NCBI GenBank assembly: GCA_001599295.1
Contig: BCGN01000003.1
Location: 930,001-994,000 of the forward strand
Direction: 5' to 3'
DNA: 64,000 nt
DNA from: Sporopachydermia quercuum
Lineage: Eukaryota
Numbering within the stretch: the first letter of the stretch is position 1; every line of letters begins with the position of its first letter. The notes beneath the pieces were generated by a model. It saw nothing but the letters and a program-made list of their open reading frames with translations. It searched no databases and was not told where the DNA came from. A program made the position numbers and the translations under genes. This document shows, one piece after another, positions 1 to 11,866 of this stretch.

Positions 1-1579
1 CTGGTAGTCCTTCCATTTTTTCTGCATCATAATGCATATAGGCTCCTTTAGCCACTCCATTGAGGCTGCTCAACTTGAAATCTTTTGGCAAAGCGTCAAT
101 TTCCTTGTCAACTCTTGTAACAGGAAGAATACCAGCAGAATAGTCAATAATATTGAATAGAAACGTGTATCCACAGGAAGAGATTTCATCAAACAAACCT
201 TTATGAGGGAATGCCGGAGTTGCATTAGGAACTGTTAGAAGAAAATCAATATCTGCTTCTTTCCATGCAGTAAAGAACTCCTGTTTATATGATTCTCTTT
301 CATAAACAAGATCCCATCTTTCTGTTATTGTTTTCTCATTCCAATCTTCAATCAGATATGCCCAAATTGGGTCCCTTTTAATGTAACGCACATATAGAGC
401 CCAGATCTTTTTGATAAATCTTGGTAATCTTTGAGCATAAACCATACGACCAACACCAGCATCATTATGCTCCCAGAAATTTTTATCTCTTAAAGCAATT
501 TTGCAAGCATCTGAACATAACAATTGTGATCCAATTCTAAGAGCACGTAAAGGAGAAGGTGGAACAAATTCAACAACACTGTAGCCCTGCTTTTTCAATG
601 AATCAACAGTCAAATTCAAAGCGCGTAAACAAGCTGGAGAAGGTGTCACAACACCATCATCATACATAACACCAACTGTTATTTTTTCCTTTGGTTTTGT
701 CAGCTTTTCACTTTCTCTCCATTCAAGTGGATGAACAGAATAGTCATACGTCCAAGGTTTCATTTGAATAATAGTTTTAAGAAAGAATCCCAAATCTTTC
801 AACGTTCTAGTCATTGGAGAATATACAGCAGGTATACCTTCTTGCCCAGGCATAGTTGTGTTGTTTCCAGCCTTAGGAAATCTTCCAGTGGAACATTTAA
901 TAGTGTAAGAACCTGAAAAATGTGAAGGCAACCGAACAGAGCCTGCAACGTCAGTTCCAATACCTAATCTTGAGCCACCAGCAGCTAGTAAAGCAGCCTC
1001 TCCACCAGTTGATCCACCAGCAGCGTATCCTTTCACATGAGGATTCTCAGTGACACCCCAAACATCGTTATAAGATTCAAACGATAGCAAAGTATATGGG
1101 ACGTTCGTTTTAACGAAAGGGACAGCTCCGGCATCTTTCAACAGCTTGACTAGCGGTGCATCATTGGCAAATGGCTTAAAACATTTGTTAACATATCCCA
1201 TACATGAATCATATCCTTTAATTCCTACAGTGTCTTTGAAAGACACTGGGAAACCAGCGAGAGGCCCCGTTTTCAATTGTTCTGCATTCGACTCAATGAA
1301 AGGAATAGCAACGTCTTCTACTGGTACTTCGGTTATACAGTTGATCTGCTCTTGTACCTTTACTGCTTGTTTAGCATACGCTTTCAGGACATCAATAGGT
1401 TTCACTTCTCCTGACTGAACTTTATTGACAACATTCTCAGCATATTCTGATAAAATTGATTTTTCTGAATCAGAGACTTCCCCAGGAAATCTTGTTTTCA
1501 ACGAATCAATCTTAGTTTCTCTTTCTTGCTGTTTAGAAGCAATCACGCTTCTATAATGAAAATAACCAAGACCCACCAT
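1..1579 (-). CDS. Amidase-signature family protein (acetamidase/FAAH-like); 3' end truncated by the window edge
   Basis: Missing from the ORF track because it has no stop in the window. My translation from the ATG at 1579 gives MVGLGYFHYRSVIASKQQERE..., GPLAGFPVSFKD (catalytic Lys region), GAVPFVKTNVP and GGSTGGEAALLAAGGSRLGIGTDVAGSVRLPSHFSG (amidase signature with both catalytic Ser). The segments I translated are in one frame, ending ...YDAEKMEGLP at base 1. Confidence 0.93.
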   Translation of the reverse strand, partial: MVGLGYFHYRSVIASKQQERETKIDSLKTRFPGEVSDSEKSILSEYAENVVNKVQSGEVKPIDVLKAYAKQAVKVQEQINCITEVPVEDVAIPFIESNAEQLKTGPLAGFPVSFKDTVGIKGYDSCMGYVNKCFKPFANDAPLVKLLKDAGAVPFVKTNVPYTLLSFESYNDVWGVTENPHVKGYAAGGSTGGEAALLAAGGSRLGIGTDVAGSVRLPSHFSGSYTIKCSTGRFPKAGNNTTMPGQEGIPAVYSPMTRTLKDLGFFLKTIIQMKPWTYDYSVHPLEWRESEKLTKPKEKITVGVMYDDGVVTPSPACLRALNLTVDSLKKQGYSVVEFVPPSPLRALRIGSQLLCSDACKIALRDKNFWEHNDAGVGRMVYAQRLPRFIKKIWALYVRYIKRDPIWAYLIEDWNEKTITERWDLVYERESYKQEFFTAWKEADIDFLLTVPNATPAFPHKGLFDEISSCGYTFLFNIIDYSAGILPVTRVDKEIDALPKDFKLSSLNGVAKGAYMHYDAEKMEGLP

Positions 1580-1846
1580 GCCTTTCTCTTATTTGATATT
1601 TGATATGAATCCAGTATCCAGGCTATCTAATGACAGACATGCTTTAGCGTCAATCTATAATCAGTTAAACAGTCGCAGCTTTTCAAGCGCTAACAAACAA
1701 ACAAAATTGAACAAAAGGAACTGGAGGATCGTCTCTTCTTTTATACTTGTGAATTAAGTCTCTGTTATCTGGAAGAAGTACTAATTGCCAAAATAGAGTT
1801 TTACTAAGACTTCAAGTTAATGAGGAAAATGAACCTAAATCTCTAT

Positions 1847-2515
1847 CTGGGGGGTTTAAGTTCAGGGTAAAAGATTTAAGGTTATTGGAAGATATTTCTC
1901 AAATTTCTTGTTTAGGAATATCGATAACCGAGATAAATAGGGTCAAGGAAGATTTTGAAACCGCAAATAAACCCAGAAGGGATACAAGCTGGTCAACATT
2001 TTGATTGAACGGTCGTTAATAGAGATTTGTAACTGAATTGGAAAAAAACATTTTTATAAGAGTCTAATTCCATTGTTCAAGTGAATTTTTTGTAAATTGA
2101 GTAGGCGTTTTCTCAGGGTTGACAAACCTCGAACTGAGTTAACTAGCACTGATTGCAATTGAGTTCTCAGACATGGGACCGAACATAAATCAATGGCATC
2201 GGGTAAAAATCGATGTAAAATTTTGTTAGCAAAAATCCAGGGTAAGACTCAATGAGATATTTTTTGGTGAATTTATAGCTGGGGCTACTCTCTATTTTTT
2301 ACTTTGCGTTCGCCGTATGAGTGAATATTGTAACGACATTTCCAACTGCCTGGTAATATTACCTCGTCACTACATTAAATATGCATTGCCCATGCTCAAT
2401 AGATCATTCTAAAAAAATTATATTCAACCAAATTCCGAACAATTCCCCTTCTATCAATCAATCAGGTACTCACATATTTTATCTATTCAATACTTTTCTT
2501 TGCTTCCGAGGGTAA
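1847..2515. promoter_or_regulatory. Amidase promoter with repeated (A/C)GGGT motifs and Mig1/CreA-like CTGGGG sites
   Basis: CAGGGTAA at 1863 and 2238, CGGGTAA at 2200, GAGGGTAA at 2508, TAGGGTCA at 1938, CAGGGTT at 2114. CTGGGG at 1847 and 2279; the latter is preceded by an AT-rich flank. Confidence 0.3.
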
Positions 2516-2843
2516 TTCTTGATTCTCTAGTTCGATCCAACAAGCTACAATTAAGCTTCCCACATATGCACCATTATGCATAATATCGAACTTTATCCGC
2601 ATAGATATTCCTAATTGGGGTTCGTGTTAGAGTGGAAATATTTAATGTTCGAAAGTTTTTATTCTTTAAGTAGTAGTAATAATACAATTATATAATTATT
2701 CTAACATAGTACATACAATAATGAGTTTATACAATTGTTTGATGAGCAAATATGTGATGAAATATTGTTTTGTGAGTACTACTAGTTCTTTTTTTTTTAT
2801 CAGTGCTCGTATCAATGCACTTGCTGCCGCAGCTTCTATAAAA

Positions 2844-4586
2844 TTAATTTGAATTGAGTTTTTCTGACAATTGGGCTTGCTTCACTAAGCTTGATGGAGC
2901 ATCCATCTTTTCAAGTTTTAACTCCAATAATCGAATCTTGGTAGGTTTGTTAAAATCGGGGTCATCTAGCAATTTTTCTAATTCCTTGACAGTGTCAATT
3001 TTGGTGGAGAAACTTGTCTCAGGGTCAGCACCAAAAGTATCAAGCAACTGAGTATTCTTCCACGGTTGAATGTCATTATATGATGCATTCTGCCCATGAA
3101 TCAACCTTTCTATAGTATATCCATCGTTATTCAATACAAAAATGTAGGGTTTAAGTTGCCAGCGGATCATGGAGGATATTTCCTGAACCGTTAATTGCAA
3201 AGAACCATCGCCAACGAATAAAATGATTCTTCTTTTCGGATTTATTTCCTGAACAGCAGCGGAAGCACCCATGCATGCTCCGACAGTATAGCCAATAGAA
3301 CCCCATAAAACCTGTGAAATACCTATAGAATTAGTAGGGAACTTCGATTGAATAATACCAAAAGAGGATGTACCTGTTTCTGTAATAATAACATCACCAG
3401 ACCTGAACCATGATGATACACGACCCCATAACCACGGTTGGCTAATGATTTTATCTGCCTCGTGACTTAGAAATACTTCAGATCCATACATAGTCGGAGG
3501 TGAAGGGATCAAATGCGCCCTATAGTTTGATGTTGCTGTTCCTATTGAACCAATCAACTTCTTCAAGGTGAACTTCATTTGAACACCAGGGAAAGTTGCA
3601 TTGCGGATTTTACAGTAATCAGAATGAAACTCAACAACGTTTTTCGTTTTGTATGAATAAGTAAATGATCCAGTGTTGAAATCAGAGAGCAGACCACCAA
3701 TTGACAATATCAGGTCACTTTCTTCGACATAATTCTTTACAGCAGGGTCTGAAAGACTACCGACGTAGACCCCAGCAAATCTGGGATGATACTCATCAAA
3801 AGAGCTTTTACCCATCGGTGTGACAAACACTGGGAATTGTGTTATGTTAACCAGAGCGTTTACTTCATCTAAAACCTTATGACGAGAAGCACATGCATCT
3901 ACTAGAATAATAGGTTTTTTAGCCTTAGCCACCAAAGACAAGATATCAGAAACAACCTCTTGTTCGGAATCAGGATCATTTGGTTTTAGGTCCGTATTTA
4001 TAGGTGTATCAAGAAGCACCTCCTTAACTTTCTCATCTACCATATTAGCAGGCAGAGCAAGATAAACAGGCCGTTGATATATATATGCATCCCTTATCAC
4101 TCGATCGATTTCTGATGGAGCCATGTGTACGTCTCTAATAAATGCAGTGGTTTGAGATATACTCTGCGACATACGATGAAACACAGTAAAATCACCATTT
4201 CCCAGTGTGTGATGTAATAATAGTTGTTTAGCCTGTGAAGCAATTGAGGGTACTCCTACCACATGAACAACACCTACATGTTCAGCATATGAACCAGCAA
4301 TTGCATTCAACGCGCTCAATTCACCAACACCAAAAGTTGTCACCAAACAAGCGATTCCCTTAATTCTGGAGTATCCATCGGCGGCATAACCGGCATTTAA
4401 TTCGTTCGCATTACCTACCCACCTCATCCCTTCCACTTCATACACTTTGTCTAGAAGACTGAGGTTGAAATCGCCTGGAACTCCAAACACAGATCGCACG
4501 TCCAATTGTTTCAGCCGGTGGAAAAGATACTCTCCCAGCGTTACTTCTTCACTATTTGAATCATTACTCTTATCTTCAGACATCAT
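2844..4586 (-). CDS. PDC1: Pyruvate decarboxylase (ThDP-dependent 2-oxo-acid decarboxylase)
   Basis: 580 aa. Motifs: FGVPGDFNL, GNANELNAGYAADGY, TTFGVGELSA, LLHHTLGNGDF, the ThDP motif GDGSLQLTVQE...NNDGYTIE, and the regulatory Cys in DACASRH. Exact paralog identity is uncertain. Confidence 0.95.
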   Translation of the reverse strand: MMSEDKSNDSNSEEVTLGEYLFHRLKQLDVRSVFGVPGDFNLSLLDKVYEVEGMRWVGNANELNAGYAADGYSRIKGIACLVTTFGVGELSALNAIAGSYAEHVGVVHVVGVPSIASQAKQLLLHHTLGNGDFTVFHRMSQSISQTTAFIRDVHMAPSEIDRVIRDAYIYQRPVYLALPANMVDEKVKEVLLDTPINTDLKPNDPDSEQEVVSDILSLVAKAKKPIILVDACASRHKVLDEVNALVNITQFPVFVTPMGKSSFDEYHPRFAGVYVGSLSDPAVKNYVEESDLILSIGGLLSDFNTGSFTYSYKTKNVVEFHSDYCKIRNATFPGVQMKFTLKKLIGSIGTATSNYRAHLIPSPPTMYGSEVFLSHEADKIISQPWLWGRVSSWFRSGDVIITETGTSSFGIIQSKFPTNSIGISQVLWGSIGYTVGACMGASAAVQEINPKRRIILFVGDGSLQLTVQEISSMIRWQLKPYIFVLNNDGYTIERLIHGQNASYNDIQPWKNTQLLDTFGADPETSFSTKIDTVKELEKLLDDPDFNKPTKIRLLELKLEKMDAPSSLVKQAQLSEKLNSN

Positions 4587-5854
4587 GGGGTGATAATAGT
4601 CAGTTAGATGTGTTTTGTATATGTACAGTCAATCTCGTCTTTTTAGTCTCTATTGCAGAGAATCTGTGTACACTAGAGAAACAGATAATGAGGTGACATT
4701 TATAGAACAATCGGTCGGGATCACAGCTTCTAACTAGTGAAACTGTTGAGTTAATTTTTAGAGGGATTCCAAGAGTCTGTTGGTTTTCAATTGTGACTTA
4801 TTAGTTTATCCTTACTCCAAAGATAAAGAGAGATTTGAGGAAAGGAAAAAAACCGTTTACAAGTAAGCTACATGAAAGGTTCAGTTTATCCAAATGTTGA
4901 TCATTTATGATGACGTAATAACTAATAATATTGGATTCATGATTATGTAATGCAGAAAAAAACATGAAAAATGTGCGTGACAATTTGATGTAAGTCATAG
5001 AATTCCCAGTTCGTGTTGGCAGCTGATTGTAATAATAGCAGTGAAAATGATTGAAAATGATCGACATTTGCAAAGAATATAAGCAGTGGACATTAGCAAT
5101 ATTGGAAATCTGGTAGTTTAGATTGTGGAGTATACAAAAGGAGTATACAAAAGGACTGAAAAGACCTGTAAACGCAGGAAACCAAATGGGTATACAGAAC
5201 AAAAGTCGCTATCTAAGGAATATCAAAAACATGTATTTTACTCCATAAGTACTTTTTATCATCATCGCTATTATTTTTCGAGCACAATAACTAGTGACGG
5301 AAAGAATAAAAATAGCGATTCAGCGTATATGAATCGCCGTAGATCTGAAGGCTATCAATGCATGCATCGATCCCATATTTATCGTCTCTTCAAAAGACGC
5401 AATACCTTTACCCTCTAACTGAATAACTTAACTGAATATATGGGAACTATATACTAAGTAGTTACTTTGTATTATTTTTCCTGGGTGAAACAATAACATC
5501 TGATAGTCAATGTATCACCAACATCTATATGAAATACCGCTCACGTAAGCACCTACACAAGCCATATTGGAGATAATAGTTGTTCCTTATACTGCAAAAT
5601 GATAATTGAACATAGAGCTCGCCAAAATAACTGTAAAACTGTAAAAAGAAAATGGCCATCTAATCTCCAATTAAAGCTCAGAACAATAAACGGCCAGAGC
5701 ACTCACTTTCCATAGCTCTTTCTATTTGATCGCCCATTCCTGTCCGTTTTTTCTCTTCCTTTCATTCTCCATCAAAACCTAAATGTGAGGGTCACAACAC
5801 TCCAATAACATCTTCTATGCATATATAAACCACATTGCGTGACACACTGTCATT

Positions 5855-7222
5855 TCAGCTATTCTTTTTCTTAGAAACTATTTTTTCAGCTTCTTCATGG
5901 AAATTGGGAGTACTGGAAAAATGTGCCTTACCATCACTACCAATAGTGACAACATTCAAATAATCTTGTGATTTCAACGATTTAGCAGTTATATCATCGG
6001 TATTCAGCTTCAAAGGAATTGTGTCTTCCGACTGCACAAACTTCTGCCACTGCAGCTTCTGAATTATTGCTGATTCAATAGGTGTCTTGGTAAGTGATCT
6101 TACAAAGCTCAATGTTTCAGTTACTACAGGTATGACTTCAAAAGATGACGATTGCACTAGAATCAACCTAGGGCCTTTTACTTTCACGAATTCTTCAGTT
6201 CCTGCTAGTTTCTTCTTAGTGTATACCGATAATTGTTGGTAAACCAGATTAACCGCTTTGCTTACCTGTCTAAAAGTCTTCTTGATTGCTACAAACGTTT
6301 TCCTCAAATTCTTGCGCAATTCTGATTCATCAGAGAACTCATCTTCATCCGATTCCTGTTTCTTTAACACCTCCTTATCCAACATTTCAACTGCTTTTTT
6401 CGTGTCTTGTGGAACTTCATTATGTACTTCAAACTCTGACACTAAATCACTTAAAACACCCCCTCTCTTACTCAGTCCCAATAAATTTCCTTTCTGAACT
6501 AACATCTCCTCTCCTTTATTCAATGCAATTTGATAGATATGGCCTGAGCCCACTAATACAACATCTCCACGACCAGAGATCTCATTGTATCCTAAATTCT
6601 TCAAATTCCAGATGCCTGCTGGGCCCATGGGTCTCCACTTAGGCGTAATAGACAAGCTATTACCAGTGTAAGTATGAATGGCCCCACTGGGAAAAACACA
6701 CCAGTCGTACCGTCCATCCAAGGTTATTAGGCCAAATGTACGAGATGCTGAGCCTGATCCTGGAAGAAATCCGGAAGGGCGAATAGTAACAGAACAGGAA
6801 CCAGAGCTTTTCATGGTAATCTTGTGATAAACTATAGGCATGTGAAAAAGAATCCTTTTGAAAGGAGACAAAATATCCAGTGTAGTAGTTGTAGAAGAGA
6901 TTGAATCTTTTGTTGTTTTTTGAAGCCCTATGATCGAGCCTCTGCGGGTATTTAAATTCTCATGTTCATTGAGCTTGACTGATAATAATGTAGGAGGGGT
7001 TCCTATGAGGGAGAACTTATCTTTAGCAATATCATCGATTTCTGGAATAAACTCAACCTGTTGAGAATGTTTTGTTGGTCCATTATAAGAATTAGCAGAA
7101 GAGTTCTGTGGGAAAGAGATTGTTTCTGTTACTCCTATCTGAATGCATCTCCTAAAGAGCTTTCGTTGACAAACCAACTTAAGCGATCTAGGTAATTCTA
7201 GGGATGTTTCTGATTTCAGCAT
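5855..7222 (-). CDS. AIM24: Mitochondrial AIM24-family protein
   Basis: 455 aa with a basic N-terminal presequence-like region. Motifs FSLIGTPPTLLSV, TRRGSI, LDGRYDWCVF, ISGRGDVVLVGSG and FVKVKGPRLILVQSS are typical of fungal Aim24. Confidence 0.8.
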   Translation of the reverse strand: MLKSETSLELPRSLKLVCQRKLFRRCIQIGVTETISFPQNSSANSYNGPTKHSQQVEFIPEIDDIAKDKFSLIGTPPTLLSVKLNEHENLNTRRGSIIGLQKTTKDSISSTTTTLDILSPFKRILFHMPIVYHKITMKSSGSCSVTIRPSGFLPGSGSASRTFGLITLDGRYDWCVFPSGAIHTYTGNSLSITPKWRPMGPAGIWNLKNLGYNEISGRGDVVLVGSGHIYQIALNKGEEMLVQKGNLLGLSKRGGVLSDLVSEFEVHNEVPQDTKKAVEMLDKEVLKKQESDEDEFSDESELRKNLRKTFVAIKKTFRQVSKAVNLVYQQLSVYTKKKLAGTEEFVKVKGPRLILVQSSSFEVIPVVTETLSFVRSLTKTPIESAIIQKLQWQKFVQSEDTIPLKLNTDDITAKSLKSQDYLNVVTIGSDGKAHFSSTPNFHEEAEKIVSKKKNS

Positions 7223-7450
7223 TATGGCATTTGCTTACGGCCACTACGCAAAGCTGATAATTGCAACTCCAGAACGTAAAGCTGCAGAAATAATAGAAGT
7301 TTGAATGTTCAATTGGAAGAAACAATGTGGATAGATAGGTACTTAGATAATCGAAATAACAGACGATGAGCTTTCAGTGGTTGATTTCCAACAATTGTGT
7401 TTATAGAAGGAAACATGGCACAGGAGGTGAATCAGAAGATAGTTTAAGAA

Positions 7451-7488
7451 ATATCACGTGAGAAGTGCCACCGTTTATATCACGTGAG
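7451..7488. promoter_or_regulatory. Two Cbf1-type (RTCACGTG) E-box sites upstream of AIM24
   Basis: ATATCACGTGAG occurs twice (7451-7462 and 7477-7488), 230-265 bp upstream of the AIM24 ATG. Confidence 0.55.
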
Positions 7489-10400
7489 TACCGGGATATC
7501 TTGTTTGTTCGCGAACCTTGACCTAATTCTTTCTGCTGGGTGCAATAATGATCTGAGGCTAGTCGCAGGGTAGTTAGAAACATTCTACTATTATATCGTA
7601 AACGTTGGAAGAGATTACCAAAGCCTTCGTATTATTACATCTCGATTAGAGTATTTGTATAGTTAGAAAATAAGATAAGTGTTGACATTACAAGACAAAA
7701 GATATTTGTTCATTGTATTTTCAATTTGATCCTAAACGTTATTGGCTGTTAAGTTCCTTGAAATATTATCTTACTTAACTAACAACAACAATACTTCTAT
7801 TTTTTAAAAATGGCAGTGGTTACAGCGCTATATTCAATTTCAATTTGGTTTCTTCGAAATACTTTTCATACATTGGTTTTTTATAAATTCAATGTATATT
7901 TTAGACGGCCGTAAACCTTCTTTCTAGATAATAGAAGGGGAGAACAACGGGTTTTGAAGAAAGGATGTGGAAAACCGAAGTTAGAAGTAAACATACTTAA
8001 GATACAACAAGAAAATGAAGTTAAAATCTTTAAATTAAGAATTTGTAGAGCCATATTAATTAATTTAAGTTAACGTTTGAACTATGAGCGCATAACTCAA
8101 GTGTAACTTAAAATGTATGTTAAAGCCTACTTATACGGAAGCATTCAATTACCTTTAACATGAACCAGTCGAACTCTAAAAAATTTCATCAGAGGAATAT
8201 GATGAGTGATAAGCCGATTTAATTTATTTCTGTTTTACAACATATTNACAATATTCTAAAATATTACAAATCATGCTATAGACCCCAGGTATTACAAGTA
8301 TGGCCACATAATTTATTGATGAATAAGCTATTTGGTTACTCTGCGTAAAACCCACTAAGTTAAACAGATGTACTGATCCTCTGACAACTGGTGAAAGTGC
8401 TTTTTGACAATTAGTGCACTGGCCGGATGAACATTTTATAAGTTTTCTATTCTTTTTCTTGATTCAATCTGTAAAATGGATATACATACTAGCTAAACAG
8501 TAGTAAAGAAATTCCTTGTAAATAGAGGCTCTTTCAATTTATAACCTTGAAAAGCTAGGTTGCACCATGAAAGCTATAGATTAAACTTTTTGGTTCGCGA
8601 GTTGTAATTGATTCAAGAACGAGTTGAATCTTCTGCGAGTATTTATAGAAATTCTTTCTCTCAAAGAGCTTAGTGCATATTTAAGAAGAAAAAACAACCT
8701 ATTGTTCAAAAGTTGGAATTGAAGCGTCAATTGCGTTCTTAATCTCAGCCTTGTAGTAAAATTATATACATAAACACAGACATACAGCATTTGCTCAATA
8801 AACAATAAAAGGAAAGTAATATATCTGTTCTGACAGTTTCAAGAAATAATCAATTATTATCAACCGGATGATGTATTTTCTATTTAGTATCCCGTTGATC
8901 TAAGACACCATACAGATGGATACTCATACTTAAAAGACTGTTGACAAATGTTCAGGAACTATTTTACATGCATCATTTTGTTTGCTACAACAAGCAGTAC
9001 TTGAAGAAAAGTAAGAAACATAATGTACAGTAGAGGTGTTATGATACTTGAATCTGTAGAAGCAACAAGAATGTTTGAGAACTCAAACCTTGACAGAGTA
9101 TCTCCAATTTATTGATAATTGATTTTGAAGCTGATCTGCGGATTATCCTTTTGTACACAACACAATAAAAGAACTCCATTAACCAACGGGAAATCTATTT
9201 GATATCTTTAATAAGAGGGCATTGCTGAGTTCAGCAATGTCTCAAAACATTATGGTACCAAAAATAGCTAATACTACATCAAATACTACTGTTAATGAGT
9301 TATACGATACTTTTTTTTACAGCTACTAAAACTTTCTTACTTGTCTCATCCAAATTCCTCTTGGAATGTTTATTTTATGATTGAGAAGATCAAGGCCGTG
9401 AGTGTATTCATAAAAAGTGAATTATATGTACATTGTCTGTGTTATGTTTATCAGTAGGTAGGTGCTTTGTTGCATGACCTCAGCATTTCCCTCTTTATTC
9501 AAACTCTCTTTGCTTCCAAGAGATTTCGTCAAGAATAAAAAAGGAGGATTTCTTTATTTATTGAAAAATTGAGTTCATCTACTACAAGTATTCGAAAATA
9601 GTTGTTCTCAAACATTGACAACAACATTCACGAGTCGATCTTTTCCATCTCCAGAAAATATGAAACTGCTGATTTCCGCCTGTATAAGCTTCAAGAATAT
9701 CTCCGGTTATATAAGCTTCACGAATAATGCAATGCATATTCTGTATTTGAACACCATTTGCAAAATCGAGCCAATTCAAACAGGTTGTTGTATATTCAAT
9801 TTCTATGAATAACCAGCCAACCTTTCTTCATCAATACTCGTCTTGCTGTGAAAAATCGTACTTATATAAAGTAAATAATATAAGGTTTGAATGAGGTACT
9901 AACTTTCTTTTTCGAGGTATGCTTAATTTTGACAAGAACAATCTCTGTTCGGTTCCTTCAATGCAATTGCATGTAGTATCGTACGAAATTGCTCATGTTG
10001 AGTGAGCTCAGGTACTAGTCAAGCGTAATTTAATATACCATAACAAAAGAGATACAAGGTAACAACTTACATGTGATTTAAATAAACAGAAGAGAGGACG
10101 AAAATAAAAAACATGAAACTAACGTACAAATTAGAAGCAAGTATAATGTTTTATCCTCGAGCTTATTAGGTGCCTGTCTTCTTTTTAGAAAGCGTCATCT
10201 TTCAGAACAGTTAGCTTACGAATATTATATTATACTCTATTCATAACTGATAATAAGTTTGAAGGGAAACATCCCTGCATGAGTAGATAATTCAAAATCG
10301 CTTCCGTTGGACAAGCTTATGTTGTTTTTAACTAAATGTGCAAGGGAGTAGGTGATTATGGAGAGCAGATAGATCATATTTTTATCGTACTATTATACAT

Positions 10401-11866
10401 TTGACAAAGCTTAATAGTCTTTTTTCCCTCTTTTCTTACTTCGTTGCTTGACAGAACATCCCGGCGAAACTTAGTGATAGAAATTTGAACTAATGTTTCA
10501 AACGTTTACAACCTTCTTCAGTTAGCTACAACCCAGAATCTAGAGAATCTACAAATTAAAATTTTGAGAAGAGGACGAAATGTTATGGAACATAGCTCAA
10601 ATAACAGAAATGTGAGTATTCGCGAATTACCATAAGTGAGGTAAACCTATCAGGCTTTGCTGTTTTATTGTTTGACCCAGTTTGATGAACAAGATTATAT
10701 GGTCATATTATACTCAATTGAGTAAATAGACTTAATTAACTTTCTTACTAAATTCTCCTGAGAGTTTCACCAGAATTGTTTGGGATACATATTAATTGAT
10801 CTATTTGATCAATTAATGGTTTGTCCTGGTATTGTACTATAACTTTCCAGCAAAACAACTATCGAGGGAATCAATATCTGCTTACTATTCACCATATGAA
10901 TTTTAAATCCTCTGTAGTTCTAACTATTACCAATACACCATAAGCTGAACAACATTCAGTAGAAAACAAATATTCAAGAGCAATTATTAGAGCTCACAAT
11001 ACTGAAGCTTTATAACGACAGGATAATGACAAACTTGTGACTAAACTAACTAATCACATTAAGTACAAACCTAACAAATACTTTAATCTCATTGAGAACA
11101 AAAATCAAAGGTTGAGTGTTCAATCTTAAGTACACGATCCCATTTTAGGAGTTAATATCAGTAGGTGAAAAATTCTTGATTTGTTTACTTTCAGAAATCG
11201 TTGATGAAAAACATTCCAAGTAAAAGCAAAGAAGTTTTTCATTAAGGTTATGGTTTAGTTTCACTCGAAACGTAATACTGGTGCTTCATTACTCAAAGTA
11301 ACAAGAATTCCAGTTAAAGTTTAAAATTTGAAACTTTAACATTGGAAACAAACTGCCGTTTATCCAACATGTACATAGTGCATATGTTCAATGCTGTACG
11401 AAAAAGAATCAAGAGAAAACCTACTCATCAAGTTTGAGAGCAATTCGAGATATTTTTGACTCATTAATACAATTGTACAGCCAGTCAGATAAAACAGAAT
11501 GTATAGTTAAAGTTGTTTCAACTAAAGTCACACTATCAAACTCTAAGAGAAAGGTACTTTTCTGGCAGACCTACGCTGCACAATAAATACTAATACTACA
11601 TGAAGAGAAGTTGACTTACTACGATTAGTTTCCCGTAAAAGTACACGATTTTAATTCATTACCCTAATTTTATATCGCCATCGCTACGAGTTAATACATG
11701 ATTTCTCATATTTGAGCTTCATGATCTCAAATCATAAATATCAATCCATAGACACTATTGTAGAGCTTAGGATATTCTCAAAATAACCTAAAGAGTGAAT
11801 AAGTAAAGGGGTGCAGGAATGAGTGATCTAAATGCCAACTATTATAAAGGTAAGGATGTGATTACG

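Noticed and set aside
731..1418. Plus-strand ORFs 731-916 and 1146-1418
   Set aside because: Antisense shadows of the amidase CDS. The same applies to the many short track ORFs inside PDC, AIM24, medA, AMD1, ECM3, RPO31, ALG6, ARF1 and the GH17 gene.
4801..5418. 133-aa (-) and 97-aa (+) ORFs between PDC and AIM24
   Set aside because: They overlap each other, have AT-rich-biased composition and no recognisable motif, and lie in the PDC promoter.
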